41,284 nucleotides of DNA. It comes from Macrostomum lignano. Lineage: Eukaryota. The notes under the pieces were generated by a model. That model ran no database searches. It was not told the origin of the DNA and worked only from the letters and a program-made list of their open reading frames with translations. The position numbers were made by a program, and so were the translations under genes. This document shows, in pieces, positions 26,388 to 38,902 of the stretch; the first letter of the stretch is position 1; each line of letters starts with the position of its first letter. Location of the stretch: the NCBI GenBank assembly GCA_002269645.1, contig NIVC01004587.1, positions 1 through 41,284 of the forward strand. The letters are read 5' to 3'.

Positions 26388-26729
26388 GAATGCTTGTCGG
26401 AGCACTGTGCGCACTGACTGGAGTGCTTACCATCGCCCTGCCGGTGCCAGTGATCGTGTCCAACTTCTCAATGTTCTACTCGCACACTCAAGCGCGCAGT
26501 AAGCTGCCAAAGAAGCGCCGCCGCGTGCTACCAGTTGAAGCCGTCAGGCCGAAGGCACCAACTGCGACTCTGGGACCGCCTGGTAGCGGGGCGAAGAGCG
26601 CGGGCGGCGGCAGCGGCGGCGGCGGCGGCTCGTCCAGTCACGTCGGCGGCCGAAGAACCAACGCTGACAAAGTCGTTGGCGGCGGTGGAATGGGCAGCTC
26701 TGTCTTGGAGTCGAAATTCAACCGGTTCG
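26388..26729 (+). CDS. Shaw: Shaw/Kv3 exon 4 (S6, proximal C-terminus)
   Basis: Acceptor actcag|GA completes the Gly codon. Reads [50 protein letters not shown], then a Gly/Ser-rich tail. Candidate donor TTCG|GTAAGC at 26730; unspliced, it stops at TGA 26750-26752. Confidence 0.93.
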
Positions 26730-28856
26730 GTAAGCAACTTAATTGCTGTTGAATTAGTTCCAACAGCAACAGATATGTCTTCAATGCTTCGCATAGTTCA
26801 GAACTCAGACCAGCAGCAGCTTTGTAGTGTTGTAGACTTCGTTAGAGCCTAAAAGACATCTTTGTGTGCCTGCATAATGCTATAGTATCAACAGTTTTGT
26901 TTGCTGAAAAGTGCATCAAAACCCAAGAATCACTGAGCTAGCAGGATATATAATGGTAGAACGTTGGCATAAGGTCATACGTGTCATCACGGTGACCTAT
27001 TATAGTTTCAACGACAACAGGGGCGAATCATCTTAGTTCTCGAGTAGTTCGATTTCACATATAATTCTGATCTTACTTAAAAGTACATCCGCACCCACGC
27101 ATCATCGCCGGGTCAGATAGATAATACATCCAAAACATCAGTTAGCTAGCAGGAAGCTGTGCCATTGCGTCGCATTTACCAAATCATAATTTTCAAGCGG
27201 TTTCCATTGGTACATTTTGATGACTGCATTAGTCATTCTGTATATACTGTAGAGGATCTAGAAGTTAAATTTAGTCAATGCCAAAATGTGCATTGCACAG
27301 GTAAAATCGCGACCTCTATGCCTATAAATACGAGCGTACTAGCGTTTTAAATGAAGCTTGTCAAAGGTTGGGTTCCATTAGAACAAAAAAGTTTTAGAGG
27401 GACCTTAGAGGGACAGAGGTTACACATTGAAGCCCAAAGCTAGAGGTACGGGATTATTATGCACTGGATTTTCCGTTTGCGTCCTTACTCTACTTATCGT
27501 GAAGAATTTCACTGTTTGGCTTTTAGGATACAAAAACAATTAAAGAACTGAAAGGAAATCGTTTCAGACTTTGTAATTATTATTTATCAATATTCTTTAA
27601 AAAATCACACTGAATCAAAGAATGCACACTAACGGGTGTCCCAAAAAGCATAAAATTAGGGGCTGTCAATTTTCAAACACAAGTTCTTGCTGGTGTCAGT
27701 ATGAGCAGAATGACATATCAATTGTATACATACTGTAGGTTACTAAGGTTAAAAGGAAACATCCGTAAATTTTATCTGTCGCAAATTCCATTGGATTCAA
27801 GCCTTGGCTACAGAAAAAAGCTGTTTCAAACAGACAGATGAGAACTATACAGAGGGCAGTCTTTTTCCGTTTTAGGATAAGCTTTATTATTGGGACGCCT
27901 CATCCCAATACACTGTAGTATCTAATCTCAGATGTATCCAATGCCTAGGTCACTTTTTGTAGGTTGTTTACGGAAGTTGAACCTGATCTGTATTTTAATT
28001 CTGTTGAAACCAATGAGACCATCTCAGCTTGTTGCGATGCAGCCGTTTAGCTACTTCTCAGCGCAAAATATGATACACATTGAAGCATCTTCAGCACAAT
28101 AAAATGTCTACGCGTCACACTTTTGTATCGAATAAAAAAACAAAAATGGCGCATAGAGTGAAATTAAGCTACAGATATGATTCTGGGTACGAGCTAGCTA
28201 ATTCCAACCTTTGGCCAACTCTCGTGTAGGTAAGAATTTTGAAGTGCGTAGAAAACAATATCCACTTCCGCAAAGCCTATCGTCAAGGCTACAGACGGAC
28301 TTTTATCGATACAGAAATTGGCTCGACTTTAACTGCACTATTTAATGGACTCATTATTGAAACTTCGGCTTGCCTAATTCAAATTGTCAAAGTAACAAAT
28401 TACGCTTGTAAAAACGAATGATGATGAAAATGAACCTTTGAAAATGAACCAATTCTTTTAAAATTTTGAAAGTCAATTTTTAGCATGAAACCATAAAAAA
28501 CGGGTCAGGTAGCTCATCCTATGTTTTGCCGCCTAAATGTTTCAAGACAATTCAATCCAAGGTATTTTGTTTGAATCATTTTGTTTTAATCGTCATCTAT
28601 TTTTTGAGCGGATTTGAAAATACTAAATTAAAGTAACGCGTGCACTTTAAAATTGACGTGGAGTGCTTTGTCGCTGCATTTCCCGACCATGAGAGTTAAT
28701 TACCTCACCCTAAACACAAGGTGCAGAGAGTGTGCACCCTGCGTGAGCATTCTCAAGGGGCTCAGTGGAATAAGCATGACTGCTAGCTTTGCCTTACTCT
28801 GTTGTCCAGCAAACTAAGAAAACCCGAAATACCGATCGTTCTCGAATGTCGATCAG

Positions 28857-29051
28857 GTATAAAAGAGGACCACCTGCCGATGCTGCTAAGCAGCGGAGGC
28901 GATTCAACAGCGCTCTGCAGCAGCTCGGTGATGCAGCTGGGCGCTCGAAGAGCTGCCGTGATTCAACTCGAAGCTGAGCCAGTTTTGGCCTCCGTTGAGC
29001 AGCCGATCTCGCTCAGTCCGAGGGCTTCGTCTGCTAATGACGATGACAGCG
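28857..29051 (+). CDS. Candidate Shaw C-terminal cassette exon (195 nt, phase 1-1)
   Basis: GC-rich island bounded by gatcag| and G|GTACCT; open in the frame left by exon 4 (GIKEDHLPM...SSANDDDS). Both splice signals are weak. Confidence 0.45.
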
Positions 29052-29854
29052 GTACCTCTTTATCAATATACTTTTTCTAACAGTTTTTTAGACAAAGCCA
29101 CCTGTGCTAAAGTTCAAGCAATCGAATATATTTAATCCTCTATAAAAATAACCTATAATACTGTCTTGGAATTTTGTCTCGACTTAAGCTTGGTTTCTCG
29201 TAGAAATTTTTACTTACTCTGCTCTATAATTGCATAGCAACTAATGATTGAGTTACAGAGCAAAGTATTTTAAACATTCATCGATTTGGAACCGATAAAA
29301 CTTTCTAAAATATTTATCGAATGTAATATACTTTACAGACTACTAGATTCAGTAGGGGGGGAGGGGGCTAAAATTTAATGCCTATTCAAACGTCTGAAAA
29401 TATTTTTGTTTAGTTAAAAGCAACAAATGACGATACTCTTCTTTCTGTTTTAAAAATGCTACGACTTTAATTTCTAATTTTAATTACAAAATAAGGAGTA
29501 TTTTGCTTTTTCGATATTGTTAAAGTGTTATTACGACTAACAAACAGCCTAATTAATTTTTTTTTCTGTGACACCTTATAAGAACCAACAATATCTTCAA
29601 TTAACGAGTAAAATACTATTGTTTTTGTTGGTCTCGCGAAATCAAAAGTTCTGTAGCCACTTTTTCGTGATTTAAGCATGATGGACGTTCTGAAAATTAG
29701 CTATACTCCTAAACTGATTTAATAGTACGAAACATCTCATTGATTGAATATTTTTACCACTGCATGAGTGACGCTTGATTAAAATGCTAAAATTTTTGTT
29801 CTACAGTGGGAAATATTCCAAAAATAAAAACAATTTTCCCTCGATCGTTTTCAG

Positions 29855-29923
29855 ACGACAATCATCGCGACGCGCACAGCCCCGGGGAGCCGAGGGTGGT
29901 GTCTCACGCCTCCAACTTCAACA
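29855..29923 (+). CDS. Candidate Shaw C-terminal exon (69 nt, phase 1-1)
   Basis: ttttccctcgatcgttttcag|...AACA|GTGAGT. GC-rich in an AT-rich flank. In-frame translation DDNHRDAHSPGEPRVVSHASNFN. Confidence 0.6.
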
Positions 29924-29943
29924 GTGAGTTCCTGAAATAGCTA

Positions 29944-30408
<465 letters not shown>

Positions 30409-30447
30409 CTACATGTAACGCCTCATCTCAACTCAAACCAACCGCAG

Positions 30448-30560
30448 CTGTCAACGGTCTGGAGAGCTCAGCCACCAGTCCGATGGCTGGCCGGGAGGCT
30501 GCAAGTCGCCCAAGCCGGCAGTATAACCGACCAGAGAGCTTAATTACCGTAAGCACCTGA
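30448..30560 (+). CDS. Candidate Shaw distal/terminal exon
   Basis: accgcag|CT continues phase 1: TVNGLESSATSPMAGREAASRPSRQYNRPESLIT. Then either donor ACC|GTAAGC (30549) or VST-TGA (30558-30560). Confidence 0.55.
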
Positions 30561-32441
30561 TCGAACTAGACGAGTCTACATAGTGACATTGAGTTGTTGT
30601 TTCTATGACTGATGTAGTTAGGCTGTATTGTCTTGCATATCTAAATTTTTTGTCGGTTGTATAGGAAAGTGCTTTTAAAAAACAGTATCGTGTTGAAGGG
30701 GAGAAAGGCAAGCGTGCAAGAAGTGAGTCCTTCATTGCGGCAACATATATAACACTCTTGCAAGCACTAAAAACTCTTATTCAATGAGTGAAATTCTGCA
30801 GTCTCTAGTTTCACAAAGGAGTTGGACTTTTCGTAGCCAAACTTAAACACGCTCTCATACTCGTTTCACTCACTGGAAGTTACGTCCCATTCACAACGAT
30901 ATGCAGCATCCATATACTAAAAATGGTTTGTTTGTTTGTTTGTACGAAATCGATTATCTCCCAAAAGGCTTGACTCAATTGACGGTGAATCTAGGCCTAT
31001 AATTAGAATCCTTAAAAGTTGTCTATGGTCCTAACCTGGCAAATGAGGAGACAGAATGGCCATAGACATTTACAATTTCTGTTTAGCTACATGCATACAC
31101 GTGGCGGAAATATGCAACAGGTATAATTTCGGACATCGACATAAACTTTGCAGAAGCCGAAAATTTGAGTGTCACTGTGAGGAGCCCTGTGAGCAAATAA
31201 ATGTATAATGTGGTTAAAGAAAAAATATAGTTTTGACATCGTTTGGCTATTATTGTGTGTAGCAATTGATTTTAACTGACTGTGTCATTGACGACGAAGT
31301 GAATTTTTATTTTTTAACATAAATTAGAAATTTCTAAATTTGCTTTTACATTGCGTGAATCTGCTTCTATTTCCATTGTAATAACGTATCAATTTGTTAT
31401 AATCCACACTGAGTTACGAGCGTATATTCCATATATATGTGTGTGTTTCGGTAAGGTCCTGTATCGCATACCTGCATTTTATACCTGTGAAAAGTACACT
31501 TCTGCGAGAGTAGTAAGCGCTATGAATTTTGCGAGCACATATTTAATACAACTTACGTCGAGTAACTCAACAAGCTTCATTGGCAAATCACCAGCTAGAT
31601 TTTTTTGTTTAATATTGTCGCGTTTTCAAAAATCTATAGTCTGCAACACGCACTATAACAAAACAATTAACGCCCACGAGTTTTAACTACACCTAATGTT
31701 TTTAAAACACTTTTCTATGGTAACTGCAGACGTTTCTGAGTTAAAATGATAATCGAGTTAAATTTCGTGTAATCTTGATGAATTACAATGTACCGGTTTC
31801 GTCTGTCACCCAATATAATTACTGTTCCGTGTTTCTACGCCGATACTTTACCTGAATTTCCTTCGATAAGTCAATTTTCAAACACACGAGTTGGCCCTTG
31901 AGATTGCATATTTTGATAATGAAAATAAAAAAAAGAGCCAGCCCTGAAACATTCGCTTACACTACTGATTAACAGTAGTTAAAAAGACAGTAAATAGAGA
32001 ATATCTATTCTAAAGAGCACCAAAAAAGTAAAAGATCGATATGCTTTCTCATCTATTAAGAAACTAAAAACAATTGTTTCGTGTCTCTGTCGCTTTTAGT
32101 GTACAATTGCAAGTCGGCTAAAATGTGATTGCTTGCAACTTTGTATTATGAAGTGTCCCATTGTGCCTCGCCAGTTTTATTATGCAACCCGCATCTCGAC
32201 TTTTCTGTTCTGTCATTTTCCATAAATAATTTAACAATTTTCTGTATTGTGAAGTGTTTTGCTTTGCACGAACTGCTTGTGAATAGAAAATGCTTCAATA
32301 ACTTCTTTTCTGCTAAAAAAGTCGCAGAGAAAGCACATAAAATATTTATAAAATTCTCTTGTTGCAATTATAATTATGAATCTGGTGGATTTATTTTAAT
32401 TTTTGTATATTTCTGTGCTTTAACAGTTTCCTTGCAGAACC

Positions 32442-35400
32442 GGGTCTGACTCTCTGGTCATCTCTCAAGCAGTGTCTGACTCTCTCGTCATCTCTCAAGC
32501 AGTGGTGACTCTCTCGTCATCTCTCAAGCAGTGTCTGACTCTCTGGTCATCTCTCAAGCAGTGTCTGACTCTCTCGTCATCTCTCAAGCAGTGTCTGACT
32601 CTCTGGTCATCTCTCAAGCAGTGTCTGACTCTCTGGTCATTTCTCAAGCAGTGTCTGACTCTCTGGTCATCTCTCAAGCAGTGTCTGACTCTCTGGTCAT
32701 CTCTCAAGCAGTGTCTGACTCTCTGGTCATCTCTCAAGCAGTGTCTGACTCTCTGGTCATCTCTCAAGCAGTGTCTGACTCTCTGGTCATCTCTCAAGCA
32801 GTGTCTGACTCTCTGGTCATCTCTCAAGCAGTGTCTGACTCTCTGGTCATCTCTCAAGCAGTGTCTGACTCTCTCATCATTTCTCGAGCAGTGTCTGACT
32901 CTCTCATCATTTCTCATGCAGTGTCTGACTCTCTGGTCATTTCTCAAGCAGCGTCTGACTCTCTCATCATTTCTCAAACAGTGTCTGACTCTCTGGTCAT
33001 TTCTCATGCAGTGTCTGACTCTCTGGTCATTTCTCAAGCAGTGTCTGACTCTCTGGTCATTTCTCAAGCAGTGTCTGACTCTCTGGTCATTTCTCATGCA
33101 GTGTCTGACTCTCTCGTCATCTCTCAAGCAGTTTCTGACTCTCTCATCATTTCTCATGCAGTGTCTGACTCTCTCGTCATTTCTCATGCAGTGTCTGACT
33201 CTCTGGTCATTTCTCATGCAGTGTCTGACTCTCTGGTCATCTCTCAAGCAATGTCTGACTCTCTGGTCATCTCTCAAGCAGTGTCTGACTCTCTGGTCAT
33301 CTCTCAAGCAGTTTCTGACTCTCTCATCATTTCTCATGCAGTGTCTGACTCTCTGGTCATTTCTCAAGCAGTGTCTGACTCTCTGGTCATCTCTCAAGCA
33401 GTGTCTGACTCTCTGGTCATCTCTCAAGCAGTGTCTGACTCTCTGGTCATCTCTCAAGCAGTGTCTGACTCTCTGGTCATCTCTCAAGCAGTGTCTGACT
33501 CTCTGGTCATCTCTCAAGCAGTGTCTGACTCTCTGGTCATCTCTCAAGCAGTGTCTGACTCTCTGGTCATCTCTCAAGCAGTGTCTGACTCTCTGGTCAT
33601 CTCTCAAGCAGTGTCTGACTCTCTGGTCATCTCTCAAGCAGTGTCTGACTCTCTGGTCATCTCTCAAGCAGTGTCTGACTCTCTCATCATTTCTCGAGCA
33701 GTGTCTGACTCTCTCATCATTTCTCATGCAGTGTCTGACTCTCTGGTCATTTCTCAAGCAGTGTCTGACTCTCTCATCATTTCTCAAACAGTGTCTGACT
33801 CTCTGGTCATTTCTCATGCAGTGTCTGACTCTCTGGTCATTTCTCATGCAGTGTCTGACTCTCTCGTCATTTCTCATGCAGTGTCTGACTCTCTGGTCAT
33901 TTCTCATGCAGTGTCTGACTCTCTGGTCATCTCTCAAGCAATGTCTGACTCTCTGGTCATCTCTCAAGCAGTGTCTGACTCTCTGGTCATCTCTCAAGCA
34001 GTTTCTGACTCTCTCATCATTTCTCATGCAGTGTCTGACTCTCTGGTCATTTCTCAAGCAGTGTCTGACTCTCTGGTCATCTCTCAAGCAGTGTCTGACT
34101 CTCTGGTCATCTCTCAAGCAGTGTCTGACTCTCTGGTCATCTCTCAAGCAGTGTCTGACTCTCTGGTCATCTCTCAAGCAGTGTCTGACTCTCTGGTCAT
34201 CTCTCAAGCAGTGTCTGACTCTCTGGTCATCTCTCAAGCAGTGTCTGACTCTCTGGTCATCTCTCAAGCAGTGTCTGACTCTCTCATCATTTCTCGAGCA
34301 GTGTCTGACTCTCTCATCATTTCTCATGCAGTGTGTAACTCTCTCATAATTTCTTATGCAGTGTCTGACTCTCTGGTCATCTCTCAAGCAGTGTCTGACT
34401 CTCTCATCATTTCTCGAGCAGTGTCTGACTCTCTCATCATTTCTCATGCAGTGTCTGACTCTCTGGTCATTTCTCAAGCAGTGTCTGACTCTCTCATCAT
34501 TTCTCAAACAGTGTCTGACTCTCTGGTCATTTCTCATGCAGTGTCTGACTCTCTGGTCATTTCTCAAGCAGTGTCTGACTCTCTGGTCATTTCTCATGCA
34601 GTGTCTGACTCTCTCGTCATTTCTCAAGCAGTGTCTGACTCTCTCGTCATCTCTCAAGCAGTTTCTGACTCTCTCATCATTTCTCATGCAGTGTCTGACT
34701 CTCTCGTCATTTCTCATGCAGTGTCTGACTCTCTGGTCATTTCTCATGCAGTGTCTGACTCTCTGGTCATCTCTCAAGCAATGTCTGACTCTCTGGTCAT
34801 CTCTCAAGCAGTGTCTGACTCTCTGGTCATCTCTCAAGCAGTTTCTGACTCTCTCATCATTTCTCATGCAGTGTCTGACTCTCTGGTCATTTCTCAAGCA
34901 GTGTCTGACTCTCTGGTCATCTCTCAAGCAGTGTCTGACTCTCTGGTCATCTCTCAAGCAGTGTCTGACTCTCTGGTCATCTCTCAAGCAGTGTCTGACT
35001 CTCTGGTCATCTCTCAAGCAGTGTCTGACTCTCTGGTCATCTCTCAAGCAGTGTCTGACTCTCTGGTCATCTCTCAAGCAGTGTCTGACTCTCTGGTCAT
35101 CTCTCAAGCAGTGTCTGACTCTCTCATCATTTCTCGAGCAGTGTCTGACTCTCTCATCATTTCTCATGCAGTGTGTAACTCTCTCATAATTTCTTATGCA
35201 GTGTCTGACTCTCTCGTCATTTATCAAGCAGTGTGTGACTCTCTCATCATTTCTCAAGCAGTTTCTGACTCTCTCATTATTTCTCATGCAGTGTCTGACT
35301 CTCTCGTCATTTCTCATGCAGTGTCTGACTCTCTCATCATTTCTCAAGCAGTGCGTAACTCTCTCATCATTTCTCATGCAGTGTCTGACTCTCTCATCAT

Positions 35401-36050
35401 TTCTCAAACAGTGTCTGACTCTCTGGTCATTTCTCATGCAGTGTCTGACTCTCTGGTCATTTCTCAAGCAGTGTCTGACTCTCTGGTCATTTCTCATGCA
35501 GTGTCTGACTCTCTGGTCATCTCTCAAGCAGTTTCTGACTCTCTCGTCATCTCTCAAGCAGTTTCTGACTCTCTCATCATTTCTCATGCAGTGTCTGACT
35601 CTCTCGTCATTTCTCATGCAGTGTCTGACTCTCTGGTCATTTCTCATGCAGTGTCTGACTCTCTGGTCATCTCTCAAGCAGTTTCTGACTCTCTCATCAT
35701 TTCTCATGCAGTGTCTGACTCTCTGGTCATTTCTCAAGCAGTGTCTGACTCTCTCGTCATCTCTCAAGCAGTGTCTGACTCTCTGGTCATCTCTCAAGCA
35801 GTGTCTGACTCTCTGGTCATCTCTCAAGCAGTGTCTGACTCTCTCGTCATCTCTCAAGCAGTGTCTGACTCTCTCGTCATTTCTCAAGCAGTATCTGACT
35901 CTCTCGTCATTTCTCAAGCAGTGTCTGACTCTCTCGTCATTTCTCAAGCAGTGTCTGACTCTCTCGTCATTTTCAAGCAGTGTCTGACTCTCTCGTCATT
36001 TCTCAAGCAATGTCTGACTCTCTCATAATTTCTCATGCAGTGTCTGACTC
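32442..36050. repeat. 30-nt satellite (gtgtctgactctctggtcatctctcaagca) with higher-order structure
   Basis: About 120 copies in near-perfect 30-nt register. Confidence 0.98.
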
Positions 36051-36198
36051 TTTAATAGCCTCTGTTAGACTCTCGTTGTCTTACAGTCTCATACTCCTCC
36101 TTCTAAATAAACCAATCAAAAAAACAAACGACTCACTTCGAAATAAAGTTAAAACAAAACACGCAGAAATTACTTAAGGTTCTCCTCTGCTCCTGTGT

Positions 36199-36204
36199 TT
36201 TATT
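36199..36204 (-). terminator. Candidate polyadenylation signal of the four-TM gene
   Basis: AATAAA on the minus strand ~370 nt past the stop. The flank is AT-rich, so a chance match is possible. Confidence 0.35.
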
Positions 36205-36570
36205 GTGCGTGTATGACATGACAACTACGCGTAAAAACGCTTAGTTGAAGAGATAGTGCAAAAATCTTTTTAGAAGCAATTAGTTGGGCAAGAACAGTCG
36301 TGTGCTAAGAGATGTCTGGGGTGAATAAAAAATAAAAATAGATTATTTTTGTAACAAGAAGAAAAACAACAAGAAAATTAGCTTTAAAAATTCTTTCTTC
36401 TTAAAAATTGCCATTCTTCAAGTTCAATTTAGAGTTCAGATTTGCATTTAAGAAGGTACTGATCTTAAAAAATACGATCCACTAGAGTCGTATACGTATG
36501 TACAATGCATTTCAGTTATTAACTAATAATTAACAGCAGTAAAACACGAATTCAGCTCAGAAAATTCGCA

Positions 36571-37308
36571 TCAGAGTTCGTACAGCATGGGGCCGGAGGC
36601 GCTGGCTCCGCCGATTCTGGCCGAGGCCAGCTGAGAGAACACGTTGCCACCCTGGCTGGACTGATGATTCGTCGAGCCCTGCATGGCCTGCATGTTCACA
36701 GCGATCGAATCCGGGACCGCAGGGGCAGCTGCAGGTTTTGCCGGGCCCGAGCCGCCCTGCATGATGACCTCAGTCTCGGTGGCCCGGCAGCACAAGCAGT
36801 CGGTGTAAGCGAAGTACAGCAGCGCCATGGAGACGAGGAACTGAGCCAGCAGCAACACCACCTGACCAACTTCCTTCATGATGATTGCCAGGCCGCAGAT
36901 TTCACAGGTCAGCTCAAAATTCGGCCGTGGAGTGTAATTGTACTGCAGGATGGAGTGCAGCATCAGGATGTGGACTATGCAGGCCAGGACGCCGAGTACG
37001 CAGATGGCCATGGAGCACAGGGCCATGGCGAAGCAGGTGTTGACGCTGCAGACGCTCCGAGTTTTAGGCACTGCCATGCTCGCTGCGCCGAACATTACAA
37101 ATGTCGCCCCAGTCCAGATGCCCACGCCCAGTGTGGTGAGGCCGCGTTTGAGCACGAACACGGACACCTCTGCCAGGATGCAGACAATCCCGATAATGAG
37201 GCTGGCGCGGCCGCAGTGCCGGTAGGCAGCCGGTCTGGACAGTTGCTGACTGTCGAACACCGACTTGCTTGGGGCTGTCTGTGTGTTCAGAGCGTCGTAG
37301 CCCGGCAT
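36571..37308 (-). CDS. Four-TM CD20/MS4A-like membrane protein, 245 aa, single coding exon
   Basis: ATG-to-stop ORF with four hydrophobic segments (about aa 35-53, 60-80, 91-117, 147-168), GVGIWTG in TM2, a CEIC pair in loop 2 and a CLCC cluster after TM4. GC-rich relative to flanks. Family assignment is by motif recall only. Confidence 0.75.
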   Translation of the reverse strand: MPGYDALNTQTAPSKSVFDSQQLSRPAAYRHCGRASLIIGIVCILAEVSVFVLKRGLTTLGVGIWTGATFVMFGAASMAVPKTRSVCSVNTCFAMALCSMAICVLGVLACIVHILMLHSILQYNYTPRPNFELTCEICGLAIIMKEVGQVVLLLAQFLVSMALLYFAYTDCLCCRATETEVIMQGGSGPAKPAAAPAVPDSIAVNMQAMQGSTNHQSSQGGNVFSQLASARIGGASASGPMLYEL

Positions 37309-37322
37309 GGCTCTCCGACTGA

Positions 37323-37749
37323 CTGTTGAAATCCAGAGAGGAGACAGTGAGAATCGCTACTGCGTGCAAAAACCCTGATACACCATCTCTTGTATATCCT
37401 ATTTTGAGAAGCGTTTTGGAACGTTCAACTCCAATAAACGCATTAATTGACGCAATGATTGATAATTGATTTTAGAACCTGTTTAGATTCGATGAACTTT
37501 TGATGAGCTTCGATGAAAGTTAGAATACTTCAGGTGCCAAATTAAGTAATAAAATTCGGGTACCTGATAAAATTCGGGTCACTAATAAAAGTCAGATAAC
37601 TAATAAAGTAATAAAAGTCAGATGACTAATTAAAGTAATAAAAATCGGGTTCCTATAAAAAGGTCTCTGCCTTGGGGCTTGGCCCAAAAGAATCATTATC
37701 ACCTACATCATCTACAAGCCAGAAATCCATCAGCCATGATTCGCCTTAC
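37323..37749 (-). other. Probable 5'UTR intron (427 nt) of the four-TM gene
   Basis: Minus-strand donor AAAG|GTAAGG at 37749 and acceptor ctctctggatttcaacag| at 37323, 14 nt upstream of the ATG. Confidence 0.55.
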
Positions 37750-38674
37750 CTTTCCGATCTGGTCGAACAAAAACAAGTGAAGTTTAAGTTTTGCCTCGGA
37801 TGTTTTTGGTGTCCTATTTCTTAACCCTTGGCTAAGAAGCAACGGGAGTAGAGAGGGGAGTTGAGGGACTTAACTGGGGGGACGAGGTTCCCCAACTGTA
37901 AAGGATTGAACAATTTTGAACAACAGAGCTTTAAGACTGGCCGAGACTGAAGTGAGAGGGGAAATAGAAGGGGGAGAAAGAGAGGACGAGAGTTAGAAAC
38001 GGAGGCGAACGAAACGAGAGGGCCAAGCATTCGGGATCAGCGGATCTTTGGGTGGGAAGCCTGGGGATTGAGGCTCTGGCTGGCCATGTGGGGCTTCGAT
38101 TTTATTGGCCAAGGTCCAGAAACTACCCAGCAGAGGCAGCAGCTGCCTTCGCCTCTCACTCACTCCCCGCTCCTTAACTCTCTCTCCCTTCTCGATCCTC
38201 TCCCTCGCCTTCACTCTCTCCCGTCTGACCTCGTTCTGTTTCCAACAACACAATTTGCGAGCAAGTCTACTGCTCTGCTACTATGCACTATAGTATAATA
38301 TTTACGTAATACGAGCTATGTACTATGCATCAAAGTTTTACACAATATTATTACAGAATGTCGATTTTAAACTGATTACAAGCGGAATTTGGCAATGCCA
38401 CTGCTATGGCAATCTTCCTAATCAGTTGACTCCCTGGGCATTGAGAATCGATGCTAATAAAGGGTTTACACTACGGGATTCTGTTTGCTTATTCAAGAGT
38501 TATTGATCCACTGAATTTTTCCCACACCAATTGAGCGGCAGAACCCAGTCTCACGATGGAGAGGGAGACAGACAGGTGGTTTGTTTATTTTTCTGAACAA
38601 TCTTTATTGAGAAGTGCACATTTAATTAAAAGTTAATTTTCACAGTGTGCTAGTAACTAAGTGAGTTAATTTGT

Positions 38675-38859
38675 TAGTTAGTCAGTCAGTTAGTTAGTTG
38701 GTTAGTTAGTTAGTTAGTTAGTTAGTCAGTCAGTTAGTTAGTTGGTTAGTTAGTTAGTCACTTAGTCAGTTAGTTAGTCAGTCAGTTAGTTAGTTAGTTA
38801 GTTAGTCAGTTAGTCAGTTAGTTAGTCAGTCAGTTAGTCAGTTAGTGAGTTAGTTAGTG

Positions 38860-38902
<43 letters not shown>

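Noticed and set aside
32472-36028. ORFs of 1150, 1165 and 625 aa
   Set aside because: These are 10-aa periodic translations of the 30-nt satellite, open in several frames on both strands, with no unique domain.
36664-37369. Overlapping ORFs of 221, 95 and 101 aa
   Set aside because: Antisense or alternative-frame shadows of the GC-rich four-TM CDS.
37651-37662. TATAAAA box on the plus strand
   Set aside because: Lies inside the probable minus-strand intron with no plus-strand gene downstream.
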